Source: Paragordius varius (lineage: Eukaryota; Animalia; Nematomorpha). From it: a stretch of 64,000 nucleotides of DNA. Positions 25,478 through 36,600 of this stretch are shown here, piece by piece. The notes beneath the pieces were generated by a model. It ran no database searches. It was not told where the DNA came from and saw nothing but the letters and a program-made list of their open reading frames with translations. Numbering within the stretch: the first letter of the stretch is position 1; the number at the start of each line of letters is the position of its first letter. Location of the stretch: contig OZ176056.1 of assembly GCA_964247055.1 (NCBI GenBank), positions 3,844,001 through 3,908,000 of the forward strand. The letters are read 5' to 3'. The position numbers were made by a program, and so were the translations under genes.

Positions 25478-28400
25478 TCAAACTATTTGGCCCTGAATAC
25501 CATGTAAATATTCTAGCGGTATATTATTAGATCTTGCAGATTTATTGTTACTATCATTATATATATTTCTAGCAGTGGTGCCGCCATTTAAATTAACATA
25601 AGGGGAGGAGGGAGATGAAATTTTTTCATTATAGCGATAATTATTATTATTATTATGGATATTTTTAGTGGTGCTGTGAACTATACTAGTCACATTTTGA
25701 TATCGAACTTCGTAATTATCAACCACACTTGCTGGCTGAAAGTTTTGACTGGTAGTTAAGGAAGTTGAACCATTAACTATAGGATACTGTACATTGTAGT
25801 GGTTGGAATTATTATTGGAATTCTTATTATAATAGGCATAATTATTGACATGATGATTATCATCATTTCTTTGTAATAACATAGGCTGATAACAGCTTTG
25901 AACAATTGTACCGCTCTCGTCATAATCTTCGGCTGGGCAAGCAATAGATTTTGTTGAAGGTGAGGCTGTATCTCCACTATGCTCTTGTTGAACATTAATT
26001 TTGTCATTTTTACCGCCATTTTTTGTGGTTTTTGAAAAAGTTTTAGCATTTTTCCCATTGGTTGAATCATTAGAGGGGAAAAGCTTATGTCCAGATTCAC
26101 TCGATGAGGAAAGTATCATGGATGAACTGCCATGTAGCAGTGTAGTTTTTGCACAACGTAATATAAGCGTAGCTCCTAGCGTAAAGATAACACTGGCCCA
26201 AGCCATACCATAAGACCAACCTACTCTCCAACCCGCAGACTCATGAATGAGGGCCCAATACAAACGGCTATTAAACGTAAAACATAGAAGATATATTTTG
26301 TAAATCAACTTTCGCATATAATTTTAGCCACATTAGAAAAAAGATGGGAAAAACAACTATTCCATCAAAAAAGGTGTGGAAAACAATTTATCATTCATTT
26401 AGATTTACGACAAGAATGGTGGTATTGATTGATTAAAATCCAACCTTTGTCAAAAATTGACATGTATATCGCAAATAACTTAATATGTGAAATATTATTG
26501 CACATCTTTAACGCTAAAAATATTTGTTAAACTCAATTTTTTAACATCTCTTTATATACATACTTTGCTGTTTGTGGATAATTTTGGTAAAGAATTGTTG
26601 GAAATGCAGCGTTATTCACATTAATGAGATTATTGGGTTGATTTGGGGCAGAACCACCATTTACTAAAATTTTTACGGCTTGTTCTTTCATGTAGGCCAA
26701 ATTTTTTCCAATCAAGAGTGGAAAAATTATGAGTCCAATACTTAACGTTATAGCTAGAACAAAAAATGAGTTTATAAACCAATAAATTTAATATACATAT
26801 TAATTGAGTAATTTGCATTAAATTAACCTATAATATGTATAGTATTAAAAATTATAATAATTTAAAACAGGATAAACCCGAATCCTTAATTAATTGCTCC
26901 ATTTAAAACTTTTTATAAAACAAATAAATTTAAAATGTTTCGTATTGCATTATTATGCAGAGGATGTTTTGTGTAAACTAGGTTGTACCAAAATGAATAA
27001 TTTTCAGATTAAACAGCGGGAAACTTAGACCGTTTTAGCGCATATGCTTTCGTAACTTTCTTAAATTCTCACAAATTGAATATAATTAAATAAATTGTAG
27101 GTGTATACCACGCACTTCAAAACTAAGCGAAATAAATAATTCGATTAACCATAAAAAATTATGCCAATTTGTTGACTAATTACCAATATAAATTTTCAAC
27201 TTAAATACTAAAAAAAATATCCTTATATTTCGTTTGAAATAAAAATTATTTTAACTAAATAAATTAATAAATTAAAATATGGGAAAAAATTATTTTACCA
27301 GATGCAATTAAACACTCCAAAGTTATATTGATACACAAACCGGGATTCGCAAGAATAAGCGTAACAGTAAAAGTGGCGATTGAAATTATAAGTAAAAGCA
27401 TTGAACTTGCCATAAATATGATAACTACCAACCTCCCTGCTGTAAATGAAAATAAATTTAAATATATATCAGCATTAGTAAAATGTAATCGAATAAATTT
27501 ATCTAGTAAGTTGAAATTAATTAAAAATTAACACAATTTATATATATGTATATATTGTTACGTGGAATCTGGTAATCTCCCAAAATATTTAAATAATTTT
27601 CGTCGTCTGCTTGCAATCCGGTAACAAAGTCGTCTGCCCTTGATGATACCAAACGATTATTTTCTCGATTGTTGTCATTTTGTGAAAGTAAAAGTTCAAA
27701 AGAACGATCATAATTATTGGTGGAGGATGTTGTGACATGTTGAAATATTAGTACACATTGACTTTTCCCTTGTTTCCGGTTTGAGGGATTCAAAGCAAAT
27801 ATCATGGCATCATAATATGATGGTATAGATTTTTTTAATTTATTAAGGTTGTTATCCAAATCACCACGAATTTCTTGCACATTGCTTTTCCCGGGGCTTT
27901 GTAAAGCCTGGCCATTTCGATAGCGTTTACGGAGTAATTCCAATTCATACGAAGAAACTAAGGATGACGAATGGGCTGATTTCCTATTGTTATTTTGGTC
28001 AATGTATTTGCTTATGCCTGTTGAAATTATTGGACGCGTGCAAACTTTCCAAAGACCACTTCGATTTAAAGGTGTAGACAGCCATGATGATGAAAGAACG
28101 CTTATTAATGCGCTTATAATGGCGAACGTGATGAATATCAAAATTTTTAGCTAAAACAAACGGTAAGATATAAAAATGAATTTTCGAAAATACGACCGTT
28201 ATTGATTTCTTAAGCCATAAAACATAACTGTTATACGCTTTGACATTTATTAATTTTTTATGGCTAAAAGCAATTTCAATTAACAATTAATTATAATTTA
28301 TTATTATATAAAGCATTGATGCTGCAAATACGATCAATAGAATCATATTTTAATATATAAGGCGTAAATTTATTTGACACACATTAATAAATTTGTATTA

Positions 28401-28971
28401 GACCAAAGGTATCCTTTTATGATGAAAAAGATCTAATTATATTTACTTGAAGGTTTTATGCAAAAATCTAATCCTTTTTTGCAATATAAGCTAATAATGT
28501 GATTTTAGCGATGTTGAATTGATTTTATTGCTATTCAATTATATCTAATTTCATTGCATACTTAATTTTAAATTTATGTTGTGAGTCATAAAAACAAAAT
28601 ATCAGAATTTAACAATTACATGAGAAACGAGAAAGTTTGGTGCAAAAACAAGCTGTTATTAATATTATTGGTGAGAAAAAATATAATTACCCAAATTCCA
28701 AATACATTTGTATATATTTATAAATGTTTAACAGTAATAATAAAGAAACTACAAAAGGTTTATAATTAATTTAAATATTAACAACTATTAAAAGTTTAAC
28801 CTATTTAAGCCGTTATCTAATTTGAACTTGGAAAAATAAAAAAAATATAAAAATTATATTTAATCATAAATAATATAAAAATAATTAATAAAATAACAAA
28901 TAAAAAGATATAAATGCAAATTATACCTGGTAACATTTATTGATGACGATTTTGCCTTCAAAATTTTTCAT
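25478..28971 (-). CDS. Claudin/PMP22-superfamily tetraspan protein, TMEM47/VAB-9/Kune-kune-like, about 584 aa
   Basis: Minus-strand exons 28971-28927 (MKNFEGKIVINKCYQ, in-frame stop 5 codons upstream), 28150-27562, 27439-27299, 26753-26564, 26267-25478; 1755 nt, phases 0/1/1/2 close. TM1 followed by W...GLWKVC signature, a second Cys (SQCVLIF), TM2/TM3, and GWRVGWSYGMAWASVIFTLGATLIL typical of the TMEM47/Kune TM4 region. Exon 1 is the least certain. Confidence 0.82.
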
Positions 28972-29158
28972 TTCTTGATGATGGAATTACCAATTAAAAT
29001 TCATATTGGGAATTTAATTTACAGCAATATTTATCATTGGATATGACATTTTAAACAAATTTGCACTGTTAAAATCTTTCAAAACAGCCACATTTGTAAA
29101 CCTGTACTGTATAACTCAAACACCATGTGGGAATATGTGTTTATGAAATTATACGCCG
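28972..29158. promoter_or_regulatory. Putative bidirectional promoter/5'UTR interval
   Basis: 187 bp between divergent start codons of the TMEM47-like (28971, -) and ZNHIT3-like (29159, +) genes. Confidence 0.5.
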
Positions 29159-29584
29159 ATGCACGGATTGTGTTCAAATTGCAAAATTGAAGTTTGGAAA
29201 TATAAATGTCCCGACTGTTCTACTAAACTTTGTTCCCTCATATGTTGCAATTTACATAAAACATTACAATGTTTAAAAAGCGAAGAAAGTCACATCAATC
29301 CTATATGTAAGCCGTTGGAAACGCATAATGCAATCGTAAATAATCAACAACAAAATTTGGAGGATGGTGAAGTTGAAAGTGATAATGAACAAGAAAATGA
29401 AACGGATATACAATTATTGGAAAATATAAAAAACGATACGGAATTATATGACATGATAACTCACGATACCCATCTCAAAAAATGGATAAAATTGGTGGCT
29501 AAAGATCCATATCTGATAGACGAAGCTTTTACCGATCCCCAATTCAATCGGTTTGCGGAATTGTGCAATAAATTACCTAAATAA
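29159..29584 (+). CDS. ZNHIT3: Zinc finger HIT-type protein 3-like (box C/D snoRNP assembly factor), intronless, 141 aa
   Basis: N-terminal zf-HIT CSNC...KYKCPDC...CSLICCNLHK, acidic linker, and C-terminal DPQFNRFAELC resembling ZNHIT3 EPLFVEFADCC. Confidence 0.85.
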   Translation: MHGLCSNCKIEVWKYKCPDCSTKLCSLICCNLHKTLQCLKSEESHINPICKPLETHNAIVNNQQQNLEDGEVESDNEQENETDIQLLENIKNDTELYDMITHDTHLKKWIKLVAKDPYLIDEAFTDPQFNRFAELCNKLPK

Positions 29585-29649
29585 TGCTCATCTCATTTTT
29601 ATAATTGGTTGTTCTTTTTTAATTTATAGTTTTGGTGTATTTATGTTTA

Positions 29650-30790
29650 TCCATTTTATGGAGTAATGTCCATAATTGCAAGACAGTCTGTGTCAAATTT
29701 ACCGATATACAGTTGTTTTCCTTTGTCAAATATTAAGTAACCTTTGTTATCATAAAAAATTTTTATACTCTTACAATATTTGCGTAGCAGTGATACAAAA
29801 TATTTTACTCACACCAAGGGTCGTGCGCTATCATAGCTGTTTGACACATTTATAAATATTATTTTAGTAAATCAATTATATATACAAATATTCAGGGCCA
29901 AGACACGAGTTTTTAGGAGTATTAATCTCCATTTATGTATGGTCTTGTTTATTTTTTAAATATTGAAACCTGTGGATTTGAGAAAACGCCATTTGCTCAT
30001 CTGCAAAAAAAATTTAACTTAGAATTAAATTTTAAACATTACTATATTTTATAGAGAAAAAATGGTTACTGGTAGTTTTAGCAGACAAATAAAGCATTAG
30101 GAAAAATAAGGAAATTCGCTAATTATAGCTAGAACAATCAGATAATATTTCAGATATATCACATGTATATAAAATTATTATTAATTAATCTTTTTATATC
30201 AGAGCATTTTTTTATGGACCCAATTCCTACATTTTGTACAACAAAGTGAATATAGTACCTGTGTGCGGGACACACTGGGCTTGTGAATTTGATATTGGTG
30301 ATCATCTCGTGTGATTAGAATTTTGGTTTTGTTTTTAGTGATTTTTAGATTGTGTTTTGTAATTGATTTAACCATATTAAATATTTGTTTTTTAGAATTG
30401 AAATAGTGTTTGTAGTAGTTATGAGATTATCTGCCTAGAGATTCTCCAACGGAATTCTTCTCTCATGAATTTATGAGGTAGTTTAGTTGAATATGAAGCT
30501 TAAGACAGACCCTTATGCAGCTAGTATAAACATTAAAAGACTCTAAATTTCTAGCAGGTGTACGAACATGGTTGATTGACTTGATGTAGACAATATTATT
30601 TTAATTATATATATATATATACCTCTACGTTTGTTGATTTTATAATTAGCGTTCTATGAACCGAGTCGTAACCTTTTCCTATATCGACAAAGAGGTGGCA
30701 TAGTTTAAGATCTATCTTGCAATCTGGGAGGAGAGGAATATTGGAATTGTGATTTTACCTGCTGAAAAGGCAACCCTTTAACACCCCATT
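29650..30790 (-). mobile_element. RTE-like LINE remnant with reverse-transcriptase motif
   Basis: Minus strand HLFVDIGKGYDSVHR (~30653-30697, RT motif), then CTKCRNWVHKK finger (~30210-30250) and decayed downstream RT sequence; (TA)n insertion inside. Boundaries are approximate. Confidence 0.65.
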
Positions 30791-30809
30791 AAAATAAACT
30801 ATGGAATTT

Positions 30810-31600
30810 ATATTAATACTCGAAAAATATTTAATATGATTAAATCAATTAAAAAACGCGTTAGATCAATATAGCCGAAAAACTAATCACAAGAGATGAT
30901 CACATAATTATCAAGTTCTCATGCACATTGTGCACCACAGATGTAAAACTATATTCACCTTGTTGTACAAAATGCAAGAATAGGGTCCGGGATAAAAGCT
31001 CCAATATAAAAGGAAAATTAATTAAGCATAATTTTCTGCACACCATGTGCTTTATCGATACCACTGCCAATAGCTAATCCTCGTACTTTAAATTTTAATA
31101 GAGACAAACTAGATGTAACTTTTTTTCCTTATTTTGGCAATCATATATCATCTGATGGTTCTTTGAGGATGCCATTTCTTATAGAATCAGACAAGAATGG
31201 GCCGAATTTAATCAATTAATATATATTTTAACTTGAAAAATATTAAATCGTATCATAAGATAAAAATTTACAAAATGGGAATAAGACCAGTAATGACATA
31301 TGCTACAGAAACCTGGGCCCTTACAGCAACTGAATTAAATAGGCTTACTAGAACTCAAAATATGCTAAATATCTGCAACACCAACAAAGAAAAAACCATA
31401 TCCTGTTTATTTTGAGCCACCAGCTACGCTATTGTGGACATATTCAACGTATAAATTCCGATAATTGGGTTGCAAAATACACAAAATGTACACATATCGG
31501 CCCAAACTGGAAAAGCCACCCTAAACTCACAAGACCCAAACATTTGACCCAAGCTAGGTCATTCATTATCGGCATCAATACCCCTCATCTCAAAAAAATA
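30810..31600 (+). mobile_element. RTE-like LINE 3' remnant
   Basis: Cys-rich finger CTLC...CCTKCKNRV, YFGNHISSDG, IYKMGIRPVMTYATETWAL and QLRYCGHIQRI across frameshifts; ~30810-31010 is an inverted homolog of ~30190-30400. Confidence 0.72.
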
Positions 31601-31767
31601 ATTAATATTAATTTTTTTGTAATTAATATTCTAAAGAATGAAAAAAAAATTATAAAAAATGATTTTAATATTTTTATTATTCTTGAAGGTTTTATTTGCC
31701 CAAAGCAATTAAGTTTGTGGGAAGGTATTCTTAACTTTAAACTATTATAACATAAGGGGCTCGTTTA

Positions 31768-33650
31768 TATCGGGGTGCATGATGATCACAAATATCCAAT
31801 TAGTTTGCCAGCTTTTAACGGTTTTGTGGTAATTTGAAGATCAATTATTTTTGTAATATTATATACATCGGCTTTTACACATTTCACCCATCTCTCAGTT
31901 AATATGAATGCCGTGCCAAACAACTCATTGTCTTTTGCGGAAAACCATTAATCAAGCTATTTTCCAACGTCTACAGAATCATCAAAGTGCTATTCTCCCA
32001 GGGATGCCCCATACGAAATCGTATCAGTCAGATGGCGCTAGGTCAGGAGATTTCGGCGGATGCGAGAAATTCCCATTGAAGCGATACGGTGTTTTTCAAT
32101 AGTTTCCCTGCGTGGAACGGATTTTTATCATGTAGCAAAATCTATCTATCCATGTCTTTTAGCCAATTTAAATTTTTTCGATTAATGCGTGGTTTAAATT
32201 AATCATTTGCTAACGATGCGCGTTATGTATTAAAGGTTTCACCGGGTTCCAAAATTTATAATATACAATACCATTCCACCAGTCACAGAGCATAGTCTTC
32301 TCGGCCTTGGTGCTAATAGATTGGCTGTGGCAAGGTGAAATCCAGGATTTTCCTATTGGATTACCAAAAAAGTCACTTTTCATCACCTGTCCCAATTCGA
32401 TGCAAAAATATTTCTTTTTATGTTTAAGCAATTACACAAGTCAGTTTGCGTTTTCCATTTCACGTTGATTGTATAATACCTTTTATCGACTTTATTGTTT
32501 TTTTCAGGGCTTAGAACCGGAACCCGGTTCCTTAAATTTAAACAAGAACCGGTTCTATTGGGATGAAACCAACCCGATTCCGGTTCCAACCGTTTAGGAA
32601 CCAACTCGGTTCCGGTTCCACCTCCTTAATTACTGGTTCCCATATGATTTTTATTATAAAAATTTTATTTTATTATTTAAATTTGATTGTACCATTACAT
32701 ATTACATACTTCAAACTTTAAACCTAAAACTAAGCCCCTAATATTATATTAGCGATATTGTCTGAATTTTGGGCGAATCGGCTCTTCTAAAAAAACTTAT
32801 AGTCCTATCTCAAGTTTATTTATAATACATATGTTCGTATATATAGGTCTCCGTTGAAAGGAGTTTTTTCACCCTTTATTTTGTTTTCAGACCTGAGATG
32901 CAGTTTGACTAGCCAATTGCTTGGTGCAATGATTAAAATGAAATAAAAAAATTTTTAGATGCCATACTTAATTTAACACTCATTATATACCTTTGTACTT
33001 ATACATTTTCTATTATATATTTATAATTTTCATTTATTAAACTATATATTTTTTTCACTATATATTTGGAATATAATAAATTGTTTGATTTATAATGTTA
33101 ATAATTTGGTTGTAATATTATTAAATTAAAAGTCAAGAACCGAAAATGGAACCGGTTTTAGAACCGGTTCCGGAACCGCTAAATTTTTAAGGAACCAACG
33201 CGGTTCCGGTTACACTTGTTCTGGAACCGACCCGGTTCCGGTTCTACTTTTTTTGTCCCGGTTCCAAGCCCTGGTTTTTTCAATTTCCCTTATACCTATG
33301 TATTGATTATTTTTTTAATGCATGTATTGCCAATCGTTGTGGTGGTCATTGTACAATAACTCTTGCACTTGATCGTCTTCTCTGATATGTCGTCTAACCG
33401 AGCGCCCACACTCTTTATTAAACCAAAACTATTAATATTTCGTAGCCATGTTTCAGAAGACAAATTTATGTCGAATAAACGAAGTAAAATTATCGTGAAT
33501 CGAATGGCTTTATTACCATTATTTACTGAAAAATATTTATCATGCCAATTGCAAACTTTACAGAAAGCTTGGACAAACCTTTAAAATACTCACAAAACTA
33601 ATTTTGATCAGTCAATCGTTCATTGCGTGCTCATCGCAAACTTGATAAAT
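31768..33650 (-). mobile_element. Decayed mariner (Mos1-like) transposon interrupted by a hAT-like MITE
   Basis: Minus strand HPPKSPDLAPSD (SPDLAPSD at 32050-32027; mariner YSPDLAPSD motif), GNPIGKSW...KTMLCDWW.GIVYY, and C-terminal WFSAKD...ERWVKCV; stops and frameshifts throughout. The distal boundary is uncertain. Confidence 0.75.
32505..33273. mobile_element. hAT-like MITE (769 bp) with GAACCGGTTC-rich subterminal arrays
   Basis: TIR CAGGGCTT(A/G)GAACCGG at both ends; near-perfect 8-bp target duplication of G plus a T run. Confidence 0.8.
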
Positions 33651-36600
33651 TTACAAAAATGGGACGATTCTTTTCAACTATGTGTCAAATAAAATCGCCA
33701 TCTGCTAAATATTACATTTTAAATATGCATACCAAAAGATTTAGGTACCGGATTTAAAATACCAAATTTCAATTGTAGTTTTACAATAGTTAATGAGTCG
33801 ATTATTTTAAAAAGTTAACTTTTAAATGATATTAGTTCTTATACTAATCAAACCTTTTACCAAAACTTAAAGAATAAAAAAAGAAAAACTATCCATAATT
33901 TATTGAAGGAACAGGATTCTAAAATATTATTATAGATATGCATCCAATACTAGCGTCCCATTTTTAACGAATCATGTTAAAAACCGAAAAACGTCAATAA
34001 AAGCTTTTTACATCCACACACGTGAAATTAAATTAAGAGGTAATTATAAATCCGTCAAATTAGTTTGTAAAGTTTTTATAATACTGACCGTTGATAACGA
34101 TACCTGCTTTAAATTATACCAAGCATTACACAAAATATATATAAAATTTGGTGCGATGGCATATAAGTCAATTCAGCTCAAAACTATCGAATCCTATTGT
34201 GTCATTCAGGCCGGTTTCACATTTTCTCCCTTTGGTATACTTGTCATTGATAGGCACAAACAAGTCTATAACAATAAACCTCTGCGAACTTATTTTCTAA
34301 AGAACATAGTCACTTCCCTTATAAAGCCAATAATTTTTGTAAATCGCGAATTTATAATCGAGTGTATTTCCAGATGAAATAAAAAATGGAACCAGTTGGC
34401 AAAAATAGAGAGGGTATAATCTAGATCTGATTCACAAAGATTAAAAATCATGAAAAAATGCTCTACTGTACAGATAAAATATAACAAAAGGAAGAATAAT
34501 AATTCTTTTAATATTTCGGACGTCGTTCAACAAAAATCGTCCGTACGAACTATGAATGACCAAAATTAACGTAATAAATGCTTTTGTCCATAAAAATTGC
34601 TTTTTATATATTTAACTAGTTTCATATGATAATTAGAACTTTGAATACTCACAAATTTACTCCCTAGCATAAAATACTTTGAGACCAGAAAAAAGGCGAG
34701 GGCATTTTAGTTTCGTAACAATCAATCCATTTATAATATTGATCAATTAAAATTGAAACAGACACCAAGTCATTAACAATTTTTTTTAACTTGGAACCAA
34801 TTTGTAAAAAAAGTAATTTATTGCTATAGATAACATCTATTTAGATAGCAATGTCGCTATTCTATACACACCAAAAACGATGTACAGATAAACATAAAAT
34901 AATAATTATCTCGATAATTTTTTAGCAATTGATTTAGTAATTTAGCAAATCATTGAGCAAAAACCCCCTGAGTCTTAACTAAGTTATTTTATTGATAAAC
35001 ATTTTTACAATCCATATAGGTAACGATAAAATCCCCACCACTTGCAAGGAATTTTCCCAAATCAATATGAAAATAAAATATTGTCTACTAATGCAAATTC
35101 TTTATAGAGTTGTGGCTTGTATTCGACTCTATCCAATCTATATATTAATTAAAATGTAAAATATTGGTTTAAAGGCATTTTAGGAAACGGGTAACTTTTA
35201 AATTATTTCTTATCAGTTATATTCAAATATTAAAACCGCCGTCCAGGGGCCGTATGCGCCCCTAAAAGTGCTATTTATGGTCCCGAAGTACTTATTTTAT
35301 AAATACCTGCAAATGTATCAAATAGCATTAAAATATTATCGGTATTATGGCCCTTGAGACAAGAATAATAATTTTTTACCCTTTGAAAAGTCAGTACCAT
35401 TGATCTATATTAAACACTCTTACCTAACACAAATATTTGTTAAAATAACCTTAGTATTCTCAAAATTAAAAATTATATTTAAGTTCCTTTTAGTATTTAG
35501 CTTTGGGTCAAGAGGTAATTCACGTTAAGTAACTAATTCAATCTGAAAATTTTTTAGCCTTAAATTTAATCATGTCCATATAAATTTACTAAAATATTTT
35601 TTAAAATTAGTTCCACTGTTTTATTCATATTTTTTGTGATTGAACGCAAAAAATCTAGGTAAATACGCCTCTTCTCGATAAATAACTTTTAATGATATCC
35701 ACCCCTTTTCAAATTTGTTCAATTTATTCACAAATTGGCATGTCTAGTAGACTATTATATATAGCTATTTCATAAAAATTCGTTGCGTTGTTTTCTAACC
35801 CAAACATTTTATTTGTGGAAATGATATTGGTAATCCATTTTGCCTACTAGAGGCAAAAATGTATTAAAATAAACCCCAAATATTTTTTATGAGTGGGCTG
35901 ATTGGTCATAATTGCTATTTATAAAAAAAACCATTTTATACGTTTTTATAATTCGAGGCTCTAAAATTAACCAAAGCTAGACACGAAAAGGTTTTTTCAA
36001 ATTCAATAATAAAAAATGGAGTCAATAATATTTAATGACATTATAATTTTGAGAGTTTTACAAATTAGTATCGGCAAATAGTTTATTCACTTAATTTAAA
36101 TTCTTTTATATTTTTTCTATAAATGACCCTGATATTTATATTACCTTAAACCTTAAATATTTATGACGAATTTAAATTATTTTTGGAGCCAATACCTACA
36201 TCAAATAAAACATAAAAATTTAGCTTCTAATTGTAATTTGGCAGCAGCCTCTCATGTATTTTATTGAGGCGATGTTTGAAAATATTTCGAATTACCTGGG
36301 CAACAAATACCACTCGAGTTTTTTTCTGATATTTACCATCATTTTAACAGTAAATCAGAAATAAAAAATTCACCTAAGAATTTTGTATAGTTTGATTTTT
36401 TTATTATGCGTCCTCTTTATCAAAATTTTACTAAAAAATGTTTTCTTTGAAAATATACAAGAAATGCCCGTTTTTAATATATCTTTCGAAAGACTAAAAA
36501 TTCTATAAGATGCAGACTATTATTCACATTAGGAAGCGACCCGCTAAGCTAAAGCGTTTTTCTTATATATTTTTAAAACTAATGGATAAAAATGGCTCAC

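Noticed and set aside
25777-26100. 107-aa alternative-frame ORF in the claudin-like last exon
   Set aside because: TTG start, no recognisable motif; explained by codon bias of the main frame.
32510-32640. Palindromic GAACCGGTTC repeats and ORF 32383-32604
   Set aside because: Subterminal array of a hAT-like MITE; the ORF is a by-product of the repeat.
34156-34487. Overlapping 73-aa and 65-aa ORFs in the gene desert
   Set aside because: No splice chain, domain or homology cue.
36464-36510. Candidate upstream SNAG or pri-like small ORFs for ovo
   Set aside because: The ATG-CCN starts inspected (36464, ~36680, ~44793) do not give MPxxFLxK, and I saw no LDPTGxY peptide; the manual scan was not exhaustive.
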